A stretch of DNA of 64,000 bases from an uncultured Spirochaetia bacterium (GCA_958296075.1 CATQHW010000001.1:913752-977751); one strand, 5' to 3'; shown: positions 28,006 to 37,804, counted from the first letter of the stretch. Numbers and translations are program-made. Notes: generated by a model from the sequence alone, not told the origin.

Positions 28006-28289
28006 TCAGTCTTCTTGATGAATGAAGGGATCGGAAACTCCTCTACTCCGATTTCCAACAGTCTGGGTCGTATGCGCCTGATCAGACCTGAGGACCAGTG
28101 AGGATCGAGATCCTTCTGATCCCCGTCGAAGATTATCTTGATGTGGATATAGACAGGGGCTTCGTCGTCGGACTCGTCGATTGCCCGCTGCACGATGATC
28201 GGGCCGAACGCAGGATTCTGAGGAAAACGCTGATCGAGCTCTGTCTTCACGATAGCGCTTACCTTCTGGTCCATCTCCTGAGTATTCAC
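27963..28289 (-). CDS. hypothetical 108-aa protein, upstream partner of the HEPN-like gene
   Basis: Strong SD (GGGAGGA) 6 nt before a GTG at 28289. It overlaps the HEPN-like ORF by 43 nt. No MNT (GSx..DxD) motif and no family recognised. Confidence 0.5.
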   Translation of the reverse strand: MNTQEMDQKVSAIVKTELDQRFPQNPAFGPIIVQRAIDESDDEAPVYIHIKIIFDGDQKDLDPHWSSGLIRRIRPRLLEIGVEEFPIPSFIKKTEWDQWRRRNPESIT

Positions 28290-28318
28290 GTCGTCCTCCC
28301 TCGCCCCGGTCAGATTGA

Positions 28319-28462
28319 CATTCTATCAGATCAATGGGGCGGATTCCTACCATGGATGAACGCTTTCGAGAGTACAACCGACGAAGGAGACATTCGGCGC
28401 TGGGCTACCTGTCGCCGGTCGCCTTCGAGGCTGCTCAGAGCGGAGTGAGGGCGACCGCATGA
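28319..28462 (+). pseudogene. C-terminal fragment of an IS3-family transposase (OrfB)
   Basis: ...MDERFREYNRRRRHSALGYLSPVAFEAAQ* is the conserved IS3 integrase C-terminus. Nothing protein-like lies upstream in that frame. Confidence 0.7.
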
Positions 28463-28769
28463 GCACCGCCGTGGTGGTGGGGACCCGGGCCGGGACAACC
28501 GGTCGCACTGAGCCGCGTTGCGGCCCTTGCGAATGGCGGCTCATGACGGAGTGGCGGCTGGCCGTAGGATTCCCGCGATCTGCCCGGCGGTCGGGTCCGG
28601 GCCGGTGCGCGGGTGCGCCGACGCGGCTCGGACGATCGAGCGACGAGCGCCCGCGAACGCGGTTGCCGTTGCCGTACCGTCGCGTTCGGCAGCCACACTC
28701 TGTTGGAACGACAGAGGTCCCCAGGCCGCCGCAAGCGCGATCAAGGAGCAGTTGACGCTCCTGGCCCCG

Positions 28770-29648
28770 ACCAGCGCACGCTCGTGAGTGCGTTCGTCGA
28801 ATCGCGAACGCTCCCCGACAGCCTGGACCCCGCCTTGTTCGCGCCGTCCGGACTCCGCTCTGCTCTCCGGTCCTGCCACCCCAGACTTCTGGCTGCGCCT
28901 CCGCCTGCTCGGCTACTGCTGTCGCATCTGGGAGCGCGCCCGCCGGGAACGCAAGGAGGCGCGGCACCTGCGCCCAATCCTGCCACTGGTGTTCTACCAG
29001 GGTCCCACCGGCTGGCAGCATTCCCGGCAGTTCGCGGACCTGTTTCCCGCCGCCGCGCGGGAGTGGCCGTGGCTGCCCCGGTTCGAGCACCTGCTGCTCG
29101 ACCAGACCCGGGTCCGACTGGAGCAGGTGGCCGGCAACGCCCGGGCGCGCTTGCTGCAGTTGGCGATGATGCACGCCTTCGGCCGCGCGGTGTGGGAGAC
29201 GCGCGAGCAGATGGCGCCGCTGCTGCGGGAGTTGGCGAGCGAACCAGGAAGCGGCGGGAAGGACGACATGAGTATGTTTCTACGGTATATCCTGGAGACG
29301 GGACCTGACGACACGCCCGAGGTGTTGGGCGAGATACTGGGCCGCACGGCGGCAGGATTGGGAGGCGAACTGATGACGAGTGGCGAGCGGTTGCGCCAGG
29401 AGGGGCGCGACGAGATGCTGGCGATCGCTGAACAGCGCCATCGCGAAGGCCGTTTGGAGGGCCAGCGCGAGGGCCGTCTGGAGGGCCATCGGGAGGGGCA
29501 GATGGAGACCATCGACGGGTTGCTGCGGACCGGAGTCGACTGGTCGGTGATCGAGCGGGCGACCGGGATTGACGAGGAGGAATACCGGAAGCTCAAGAGC
29601 GACCGCAACGGAGGGTCCGCGGACCGTGGCGGTCAGGGCCGCGTATGA
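28770..29648 (+). pseudogene. Rpn-family (YhgA/transposase_31-like) recombination-promoting nuclease gene with a decayed N-terminus
   Basis: ...DFWLRLRLLGYCCRIWERARRERKEARHLRPILPLVFYQGPTGW plus a C-terminal EGRLEGQREGRLEGHREGQ repeat are typical of the family. The nuclease-core region upstream is split across frames and has an in-frame stop near 28786. Confidence 0.5.
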
Positions 29649-29716
29649 GACGGTTCCGCGTTCACGGATGACGCCGGAGAGCTTGGTCACTCCGCCGTTC
29701 ACCAAGGGCGACCGGC

Positions 29717-32536
29717 ATGGCTGAGCGGGACGCCAGCTCGCAGGATCAGCTCTTCCGGACGGAGTTCGTCCCCGGAAAGACCGGCAGCGGACGACTGTTC
29801 GACGAACAGCCGATAACGCCGGAGCCGGTCGAGTGCCTCGGCATGACGTTCGAGTCGGACGACGCCCGGCGCACGTACTTCCTGCATCGGCTGCAGGAAC
29901 TCCTGCCGGAACTACGCAAGCGGCCCGACTTCCCCGCCGGCGAGGACGAAGCCATCCTGCGGCTCTCCGACCCGCCCTGGTACACCGCCTGCCCCAACCC
30001 GTTCCTGGCCGACTTCGTGAGTCGCTACGGCCGCCCGTACGACCCCGACGAGCCGCATCACCGCGAGCCGTTCGCGGTCGACGTGAGCGAGGGCAAGACC
30101 GACCCGCTCTACCGCGCGCACGGCTACCACACCAAGGTGCCGCACCGGGCGATCGTGCCGTCCATCCTCCACTACACCAAGCCCGGCGACCTCGTGCTGG
30201 ACGGCTTCTGCGGATCGGGCATGACCGGCGTGGCCGCCCAGTGGTGCGGCACCGCGCCTGCCGAGTACCGCCACAAGATCGAGCGGCAGTGGCAGGCGGA
30301 AGGTCGCCCCGCGCCGGAGTGGGGTGCGCGCCGCGCGATCCTGGGCGACCTGTCACCGGCCGCGACCTTCATCGCCGCCAACTACAACACGCCCTTCGAC
30401 GTCGCCGCCTTTGCGGCGGCGGCCCGGAAGCTCCTGGACGACGTGGAAGACGAGATCGGCTGGATGTACGAGACGCTCCATACCGACGGCAAGACGAAGG
30501 GCCGGATCAACTACACGGTATGGAGCGAAGTTTTTTCGTGCCCGGAGTGCACGGGCGAGGTAGTGTTCCTCGAAGCAGCTCTCGATCCCAAAACATACCG
30601 GATCAATAGTAGCATCGAATGCCCTCACTGTGGCGCCCTTGAAAAAAAGGAACGTATGCATTTGCAGCTCGATACCTATTTCGATTCCATATCAGGAAGA
30701 GCGCTCCATATCCCAAAACGTGTGCCGGTATTCGTGAACTATTCTGCTCTATCGCAGAATCACCAGAAGTCTCCTGACGTGAATGACAAGCACCTGTTGG
30801 AACGTATCAGTAGCCTGGAAGTCCCTATCGAACTTCCCACCGACGGTCTTCCAGATTGCCAGATGACCAGGGTGGGCCGAGTACGAACGACGCACACTCG
30901 CTACGTCCGCCAGATGTTTCTACCACGGGCGGCTCAGGCGCTGGCCGCGCTGTGGCGGCGCGCTACGGCGTGCGGCGAGCCACGGCTGCGGAACATGCTG
31001 TTGTTCTTCGTGGAGCAGGCGATATGGGGAATGTCCTTACTTGCGCGCTATACACCGACACATTATTCACAGGTCAATCAATACCTCAGCGGCGTGTTCT
31101 ACATCGGTTCACACGTTTCCGAAGTCTCACCGTGGTACATCCTGGGCGGTAAACACAGCCGATTGAGTAAGGTATTCGCAGAGACTGACCGTAGACACGA
31201 CGTGACGGTTTCCACCGGCGACTGCGGGAAAACAATCTTGCCGAACGACTCCATCGACTACGTGTTTACCGACCCGCCGTTCGGTGAGAACATCTACTAC
31301 GCCGATCTCAACTATCTCGTCGAGTCCTGGCACCGCGTCCTCACGGCCAGCCGACCGGAAGCGATCATCGACCGTGCCAAGGGCAAGACGATCGCCGACT
31401 ATCAACGCCTGATGCAGCGCTGCTTCGCGGAATACTTCCGAGTCCTCAAGCCGGGACGGTGGATGACCGTCGTCTTCCACAATTCACGCAACGCCGTGTG
31501 GAACGCCATCCAGGAAGCGATGCTCACCGCCGGGTTCGTAGTGGCCGACGTGCGCACCCTCGACAAGCGGCAAGGCTCCTACCGTCAGGTCACCAGCACC
31601 GCTGTCAAGCAGGACTTGGTGATCTCCGCCTACAAGCCGAACCACGGTCTGGAGGGGCGCTTCCAGCTTATGGCGGGCACCGAGGACGGCGTTTGGGACT
31701 TCGTCCGCACGCACCTGCGCCAGCTCCCGGTGTTCGTCGCCAAGGAGGACCGCGCCGAGGTGATCGCCGAGCGGCAGAACCATCTGCTGTTCGACCGGAT
31801 GGTCGCCTTCCACGTGCAGCGCGGCGTGCTGGTTCCGCTGTCGGCGGCCGAGTTCTCCGACGGGCTCGCGCAGCGCTTCGCCGAACGGGACGGCATGTTC
31901 TTCCTGACCGAGCAGGTACCGGACTACGACCGCCGCCGGTTGAAGACCAAGGAGCTCCTGCAGCTCACCATCTTCGTGGACGACGAGGACTCCGCAATCC
32001 AGTGGCTGAGGCAGTCCCTCATGAAGAAGCCGCAGACCTTTCAGGAGGTCCACCCCCACTTCATCAGGGAGCTCGGCGGCTGGCAGAAGCATGAGAAGAT
32101 GCCGGAGTTGTCGGCGCTGCTGGCGCAGAATTTCCTCCGCTACGACGGAACGGGCGAGGTTCCCAGCCAGATTCACAGCTACCTGTCGAGCAACTTCAAG
32201 GAGCTGCGCAACCTGGACAAGCACGACATCGAGCTGCGGGACAAGGCCAAGGACCGCTGGTACGTCCCCGACCCGGGCAAGGCCGGCGACCTGGAGAAGC
32301 TGCGCGAGCGCGCGCTGCTCAAGGAGTTCGACGAGTACCGCGCTTCCACGCAGCGCACGCTGAAGGTCTTCCGGCTGGAGGCGGTCCGCGCTGGGTTCAG
32401 GCGCGCGTGGCAGGAGCGCGATTACGCCACCATCGTCGCGGTCGCGGGAAAGGTCCCCGAAGCCGTGCTGCAGGAAGACCCGAAGCTGCTGATGTGGTAC
32501 GACCAGGCCCTGACCCGCAGCGACACGGACGCATAG
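29717..32536 (+). CDS. pglX: BREX type 3 DNA methyltransferase PglXI, copy 1
   Basis: 939 aa. SAM motif LDGFCGSGMTGVAAQ, catalytic motif VFTDPPFGENIYY, and a CPEC...CPHC zinc ribbon between them. The C-terminal ~330 aa are nearly identical to copy 2. Confidence 0.85.
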   Translation: MAERDASSQDQLFRTEFVPGKTGSGRLFDEQPITPEPVECLGMTFESDDARRTYFLHRLQELLPELRKRPDFPAGEDEAILRLSDPPWYTACPNPFLADFVSRYGRPYDPDEPHHREPFAVDVSEGKTDPLYRAHGYHTKVPHRAIVPSILHYTKPGDLVLDGFCGSGMTGVAAQWCGTAPAEYRHKIERQWQAEGRPAPEWGARRAILGDLSPAATFIAANYNTPFDVAAFAAAARKLLDDVEDEIGWMYETLHTDGKTKGRINYTVWSEVFSCPECTGEVVFLEAALDPKTYRINSSIECPHCGALEKKERMHLQLDTYFDSISGRALHIPKRVPVFVNYSALSQNHQKSPDVNDKHLLERISSLEVPIELPTDGLPDCQMTRVGRVRTTHTRYVRQMFLPRAAQALAALWRRATACGEPRLRNMLLFFVEQAIWGMSLLARYTPTHYSQVNQYLSGVFYIGSHVSEVSPWYILGGKHSRLSKVFAETDRRHDVTVSTGDCGKTILPNDSIDYVFTDPPFGENIYYADLNYLVESWHRVLTASRPEAIIDRAKGKTIADYQRLMQRCFAEYFRVLKPGRWMTVVFHNSRNAVWNAIQEAMLTAGFVVADVRTLDKRQGSYRQVTSTAVKQDLVISAYKPNHGLEGRFQLMAGTEDGVWDFVRTHLRQLPVFVAKEDRAEVIAERQNHLLFDRMVAFHVQRGVLVPLSAAEFSDGLAQRFAERDGMFFLTEQVPDYDRRRLKTKELLQLTIFVDDEDSAIQWLRQSLMKKPQTFQEVHPHFIRELGGWQKHEKMPELSALLAQNFLRYDGTGEVPSQIHSYLSSNFKELRNLDKHDIELRDKAKDRWYVPDPGKAGDLEKLRERALLKEFDEYRASTQRTLKVFRLEAVRAGFRRAWQERDYATIVAVAGKVPEAVLQEDPKLLMWYDQALTRSDTDA

Positions 32537-32571
32537 CGGCCGCGGGCATCCAATCAGGAGCTGATGAGAGA

Positions 32572-32889
32572 ATGGCGCGAGTAATCCGGGCATCCTGGGA
32601 GGCATTCGAGTTTCCCCAACGTATCGAGCGGCTCGTCCGTGATCTGGATTCGATGCAACGGTCTGCAGACATCTATCAACCGGACGACGATCTGATCGCA
32701 GACTGGATTGGCCACTTGAACGACCACGCTACGGACCGCGGCGCCGGTTGGGATTACGCCGTCCTGCGGGGTATCCTGCCGCCCAGGGTCGGCGGTACCC
32801 GACTCGGCGGCGGCGGGGGCATCAGCACCCTGAAACGCATGCTGCCGCTCGTGGCTCGTTATCTCCTGCATCGAAGGGAGCGCAGCTAG
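32572..32889 (+). CDS. hypothetical 105-aa protein, translationally coupled to pglXI copy 2
   Basis: ATG at 32572 lies downstream of AGGAG, and its stop TAG overlaps the GTG of the next gene (TAGTG). No family recognised. Confidence 0.4.
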   Translation: MARVIRASWEAFEFPQRIERLVRDLDSMQRSADIYQPDDDLIADWIGHLNDHATDRGAGWDYAVLRGILPPRVGGTRLGGGGGISTLKRMLPLVARYLLHRRERS

Positions 32890-35627
32890 TGCCGGCGCAG
32901 CGCGTCATGGACTTCGTCGAGTCCGGCATGGCGAACGCCGCGCGGGATTGTCTGCGGCGGGAGCGCGACCAACGCGCGCTGATCGACGAGCTCGCGCGGA
33001 TGGCGGACATCGACGGTATGCCGCGGTCCGCTACCGAGGACGTCCTCGATCTGTCCCTGGCGCCGTTTTTCACCGCAGGTCCGAATCCGTTCATCTCCCG
33101 TGAGGTCGATTCCCAACCGCCGGAAAGCGGCGCCCGCGGCGAGGTCGCCGCTTTCGCCGCCGACATCGCCGCCGGCAAGAACGATCCGCTCTACTTCGCG
33201 CACTACTACAGCACGAAGGTGCCCCCTGACGCCATCGTTCCGTACATCCTCCACTACACGGAGCCCGGCGACGTAGTGTTCGACGGGTTCTGCGGCACCG
33301 GCATGACCGGCGTGGCGGCGCAACTCTGCGGCGACGCCGCGCGGGCAAACGGGCGCAACCACGGGCCGAGACGCGCGATTCTCAGCGATTTGAGCCCTGC
33401 CGCGGCGTTCATCGCCGCAGGGACGAACGCGATCGGCCTGTTTGCCGAGTATCTCGATAAGATCGAAGCAGCCGTCCGCGCCGTCGCCGGCCGGTTCGAC
33501 GAGGCGTTGCATACCTCCCACGTCGGATGGCCGCGCGGCACCGATGACCCCGCATCACGCATCAACGACGGCGCGGATCGCGATCGCGGTCTCGGCCGTA
33601 TCGAGTACGTCGTCTGGTCGGACGTGTTCTTCTGTTCCGCCTGCGACCGGCGAATCGTATACTGGGACCTGGTATTCCGCGGCCCGAGAAGGGCCGTGCC
33701 GAAACGCGCGCCGTGCCCATCCTGCGGCTCGATAGAGTCGATCGGGACGTTGCAGCGCGCATGGCGCAGCCACTTCGATACGGAACTCGAACGGACCATC
33801 CGGCAGGCGGAACAGGTGCCGGTTCTGATCAATTACTCGGTTGGTTCACGCCGCTTCGAGAAGACCCCCGACGACCGAGACTTTGCCATAATCGTGGAAC
33901 TGGAGCGCAGCGCGATTCATCCTTCCCCCCCGGTAGTGCCGATGCCGGACGGATTCAATACCGCGCAGCCGCTCCGCTCTCATGGCTATTCTCACGCTCA
34001 TCACTTCTTCACCAAGCGCAACTTGGCCATGCTGTCGAGTTTCCGGCAATCCGTCGGCCGTCTCGATACTGCCGAGGCGCGCTTCTTCGGCTTGTACGTG
34101 CTCACCGGAGCTATCCAGCGCGTCTGCCGTCTCAACCGATACATGCCCAATCATGATCGCCACGTCGGCCCGCTGTCAGGCACGTTGTACGTAGCGCCAC
34201 TGACCGTCGAGATTCCGGCCACGAACTATCTGGCGGATCGCATCCGGGACCTGCGCAGATGCGCGCGCGGCCCACGCGGCACCGGCGTTCTCATCGGAAC
34301 GCAAAGCGCCACCGATCTTCGGAACATGCCTGACGCCTGCGTGGACTACATCTTTACCGACCCGCCGTTCGGCGGCAACCTCAATTACTCCGAGTTGAAC
34401 ACGCTGGTCGAAGCGTGGCTGGGACTCCATGCGGATGCCACGCTCGAAGCGGTCGTCAACGACGTGCGGAAGAAGGGCCTGTTCGAATATCAGGGGACCA
34501 TGCGCCGGGCGTTCGTGGAGTTCCATCGCGTGCTGAAGCCCGGCCGCTGGATCACGATCGAGTTCCACAACTCCCGCAACGCGGTGTGGGTGGCGATTCA
34601 GGAGGCGTTATCGGAAGCCGGATTCGTGATCGCGGACGTACGCGTGCTCGACAAGAAAAAGGGTACCACCAAGCAACTGAGTTACGGCGCCACCGTGAAG
34701 CAGGACCTGGTGATCTCCGCCTACAAGACGAACCACGGCCTCGAAGCGCGCTTCGAGATCGAATCGGGAACCGCGGAGGGCGCTTGGGACTTCGTCCGCA
34801 CGCACCTGCGCCAGCTCCCGGTATTCGTCGCCAAGGACGACCGCGCCGAGGTTATCGCCGAGCGGCAGAACCATCTGCTGTTCGACCGGATGGTCGCCTT
34901 CCACGTCCAGCGCGGCGTGATGGTGCCCCTCTCCGCGGTCGAGTTCTACGCGGGGCTCGCGCAGCGCTTCGCCGAGCGGGACCGCATGTTCTTCCTGCCC
35001 GAACAGGTCGCCGAGTACGACCGCAGGCGGATCACGGCCAATGATTTCCGGCAGTTGGAGATCTTCGTCACCGACGAGGAGTCCGCGGTCCAGTGGCTGG
35101 CGAGGTCCCTCACCGCGAAGCCTCAGACGTTCCAAGAGTTGCATCCGTATTTCATCAGGGAGCTCGGCGGCTGGCAGAAGCACGAGCGGATGCCGGAACT
35201 GTCCGCGCTGCTGGCGCAAAACTTCCTCCGCTACGACGGAACCGGCGCGGTGCCCGGCCAGGTCCACGGGTATCTGTCGAGCAACTTCAAGGAGCTGCGC
35301 AACCTGGACAAGCACGACATCGGGCTGCGCGCCAAGGCCAAGGACCGCTGGTACGTCCCCGATCCGGGCAAAGCCGGCGACCTGGAGAAGCTGCGAGAGC
35401 GCGCGCTGCTCAAGGAGTTCGACGAGTACCGCGCTTCAGCGCAGCGCACGCTGAAGGTCTTCCGGCTCGAGGCGATCCGCGCCGGGTTCAGGCGCGCGTG
35501 GCAGGAGCGCGATTACGCCACCATCGTCGCCGTCGCCGGCAAGGTCCCGGAAGCCGTGCTGCAGGAAGACCCGAAGCTGCTGATGTGGTACGACCAAACC
35601 CTGACCCGCAGCGACACGGACTCATAG
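32889..35627 (+). CDS. pglX: BREX type 3 DNA methyltransferase PglXI, copy 2
   Basis: FDGFCGTGMTGVAAQ, IFTDPPFGGNLNY and CSAC...CPSC motifs, colinear with copy 1. GTG at 32889 or ATG at 32907. Confidence 0.85.
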   Translation: MPAQRVMDFVESGMANAARDCLRRERDQRALIDELARMADIDGMPRSATEDVLDLSLAPFFTAGPNPFISREVDSQPPESGARGEVAAFAADIAAGKNDPLYFAHYYSTKVPPDAIVPYILHYTEPGDVVFDGFCGTGMTGVAAQLCGDAARANGRNHGPRRAILSDLSPAAAFIAAGTNAIGLFAEYLDKIEAAVRAVAGRFDEALHTSHVGWPRGTDDPASRINDGADRDRGLGRIEYVVWSDVFFCSACDRRIVYWDLVFRGPRRAVPKRAPCPSCGSIESIGTLQRAWRSHFDTELERTIRQAEQVPVLINYSVGSRRFEKTPDDRDFAIIVELERSAIHPSPPVVPMPDGFNTAQPLRSHGYSHAHHFFTKRNLAMLSSFRQSVGRLDTAEARFFGLYVLTGAIQRVCRLNRYMPNHDRHVGPLSGTLYVAPLTVEIPATNYLADRIRDLRRCARGPRGTGVLIGTQSATDLRNMPDACVDYIFTDPPFGGNLNYSELNTLVEAWLGLHADATLEAVVNDVRKKGLFEYQGTMRRAFVEFHRVLKPGRWITIEFHNSRNAVWVAIQEALSEAGFVIADVRVLDKKKGTTKQLSYGATVKQDLVISAYKTNHGLEARFEIESGTAEGAWDFVRTHLRQLPVFVAKDDRAEVIAERQNHLLFDRMVAFHVQRGVMVPLSAVEFYAGLAQRFAERDRMFFLPEQVAEYDRRRITANDFRQLEIFVTDEESAVQWLARSLTAKPQTFQELHPYFIRELGGWQKHERMPELSALLAQNFLRYDGTGAVPGQVHGYLSSNFKELRNLDKHDIGLRAKAKDRWYVPDPGKAGDLEKLRERALLKEFDEYRASAQRTLKVFRLEAIRAGFRRAWQERDYATIVAVAGKVPEAVLQEDPKLLMWYDQTLTRSDTDS

Positions 35628-35736
35628 AGGCCGCGGGCCGACATGCCGCGCGCCTGCCCCTCTTCGAAACTCCGCAATCTTGGGGTCCCTTCGCGGGACT
35701 TGACCGTGGGCACCGAGTTGGTTTAGAAAGTACCAG

Positions 35737-37800
35737 ATGACTGCCATCCAGAAGAACGGCACAAAGAAGTACACGATGAAGATTTCCCGGCTCACCATAG
35801 ACAAGCTGGGCATCCACATGTACGACCGTGTATCCGCAGTACTCGCTGAGTTGATTGCGAACTCATACGACGCCGACGCCACAAGGGTTACCGTTACACT
35901 GCCATTTGGGAGGTACTTGGCGAAACGAAAGAACGAGCAAGCCATAGACCTGGGATACGAGATTTCGATAAAAGATGACGGTATTGGCATGTTGTCTCAT
36001 GAGGTGAACGAGTACTACTTGAAAGTAGGAGTCAACCGTAGGTCCAATCGGGGAAACACTACGCCATCAGGCCGACCAGTATTAGGAAGAAAGGGAATCG
36101 GGAAGCTCGCTCCGTTCGGCATTTGCCGTGAGATTGAGGTGATAACGGCAGGCGGCGATCGTGACGGTTCCGGTGAGTACGAAGTATGCAACATTCTCCT
36201 ACGGTATGACGAAATTCTGTCCGAAGATGACGATGATTATCACCCCGAACCAGGTCCGTTGGATGGCTCGAAGACAAGCAGTCCGGGGACGAAGGTCATT
36301 CTACGACACTTCAACCGAAGACGGGTGCCACCGAGCGACGTTCTCCACCGCCAGATTGCTGCGCGGTTCGGTATCTCAAGAAGTGACTGGCGAGTGCGCG
36401 TAGTCGACTCGGAAAATACTAGTGGCTTCGATGTCGGTGAGCTTGAGGTGTCCTTGATGGAGGGCACCAGGATCTGCGTCGACAGCAGGCCCGTGCCCGT
36501 CAAGGTGCACGAAGAGGACGAACCCGAGCGAATTACGGAGGAACTGCCGGTGACGGGATGGGTCGCGTACTCTAAGTACTCTTATAAGGACGAAGCCATG
36601 GCCGGCGTTCGCGTGTTCGCGAGGGGGAAGATCGTCGCCCAAACGCGCGACTTTGACATAGGGACTGGCTTCACCGGAGAGTACAAGATGCGTAGCTACG
36701 TCGTCGGCGAGATACACGCGAACTGGCTGGACGACGCCGACGACCTGATCCGCTCCGATCGGCAAGGAATCATCTGGACCTCGGAACGAGGAGAGGCACT
36801 GCAACAATGGGGAGTCACGCTGCTCAAAGAGTTGGCGAGCGGGAGCGAAACGAACGTCCGAAACAAGGTTTGGGAAGAGTTCCTTGAACGATCGCGACTA
36901 CAAGAGCGTCTGCAACGCGCGCTCCCCAATGATCCGGACCTTCGCGATGCAATTCAACGTGCAGCAAAGAGCTTGGTACGATCGGTCGATCGTGAGCAGG
37001 TACGACGCAACGACGATTTCGTTGAGCGCGTAGTGCGAATGGCCTTCGCAGTTGGCCCACATCGAACGCTACTGCAAACGTTGGACGAGGTTGCGACCCT
37101 GGCCGCAGACACGTTGGAGCCGGTCATCGCGCTATTCGAGAAAGCCAGCGTCGTGGAAATGTACTCACTCGGCCAAGTTGCACGTGAGCGCGTCGATGCA
37201 ATTGAAACGTTGAAGAAGCTGATCGGATCGGCGTCAACCGAAGAAGGTCAGTTGCAACAGCTGATCGAGAGCGCCCCGTGGATTTTGTACCCTGACTGGA
37301 CTCCCCTCACGCGGAACCAGCCGCTCAAATCGCTTAGAACGGCATTTGAAGCTTGGCATCAAAGGACCAAAGGCGAGGGAATCGTCACTACTTCTATCGG
37401 CTCCGCTAAACGACCTGACTTCGTAATGCTTAGCTACGCGAGATGTATCGAGATAGTAGAGATCAAGAGGCCCGATCATGCACTTACCGACGATGAGTAC
37501 AAACGCGCGTTCGACTACCGCTCCGCCGTGATCGACTTTCTTCAGGAGAACACAGAACTAAGCAATTCGTTTCCTAGAGTCAGACTTACGATAGTCTGTG
37601 ACAAGTTAACTCTGCGTAATCGTGTGTATGCAGGTAGCATTGAGAAGGACGGTGACATTGATCGTAGGACGTGGGCTATCGTACTGCATGATACGATGCA
37701 GGCCCACCAGGATTTCCTGAGTCGCGTTGACGAACTTCAGGGACCGCTACCTCCTCTCTCGGCGCGTGAAGAGGACAAGGATATCAGTGGCCAAGAGTGA
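35737..37800 (+). CDS. GHKL (HATPase_c_3, MORC/MutL-like) ATPase fused to a C-terminal PD-(D/E)XK nuclease-like module
   Basis: N-box ELIANSYDADA, G1 IKDDGIGM and G2 GRKGIGKLAPFG. The C-terminus has RPDFVML...IEIVEIKRP (D...ExK). AT-richer block. Confidence 0.75.
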   Translation: MTAIQKNGTKKYTMKISRLTIDKLGIHMYDRVSAVLAELIANSYDADATRVTVTLPFGRYLAKRKNEQAIDLGYEISIKDDGIGMLSHEVNEYYLKVGVNRRSNRGNTTPSGRPVLGRKGIGKLAPFGICREIEVITAGGDRDGSGEYEVCNILLRYDEILSEDDDDYHPEPGPLDGSKTSSPGTKVILRHFNRRRVPPSDVLHRQIAARFGISRSDWRVRVVDSENTSGFDVGELEVSLMEGTRICVDSRPVPVKVHEEDEPERITEELPVTGWVAYSKYSYKDEAMAGVRVFARGKIVAQTRDFDIGTGFTGEYKMRSYVVGEIHANWLDDADDLIRSDRQGIIWTSERGEALQQWGVTLLKELASGSETNVRNKVWEEFLERSRLQERLQRALPNDPDLRDAIQRAAKSLVRSVDREQVRRNDDFVERVVRMAFAVGPHRTLLQTLDEVATLAADTLEPVIALFEKASVVEMYSLGQVARERVDAIETLKKLIGSASTEEGQLQQLIESAPWILYPDWTPLTRNQPLKSLRTAFEAWHQRTKGEGIVTTSIGSAKRPDFVMLSYARCIEIVEIKRPDHALTDDEYKRAFDYRSAVIDFLQENTELSNSFPRVRLTIVCDKLTLRNRVYAGSIEKDGDIDRRTWAIVLHDTMQAHQDFLSRVDELQGPLPPLSAREEDKDISGQE

Positions 37801-37804
37801 CGTT

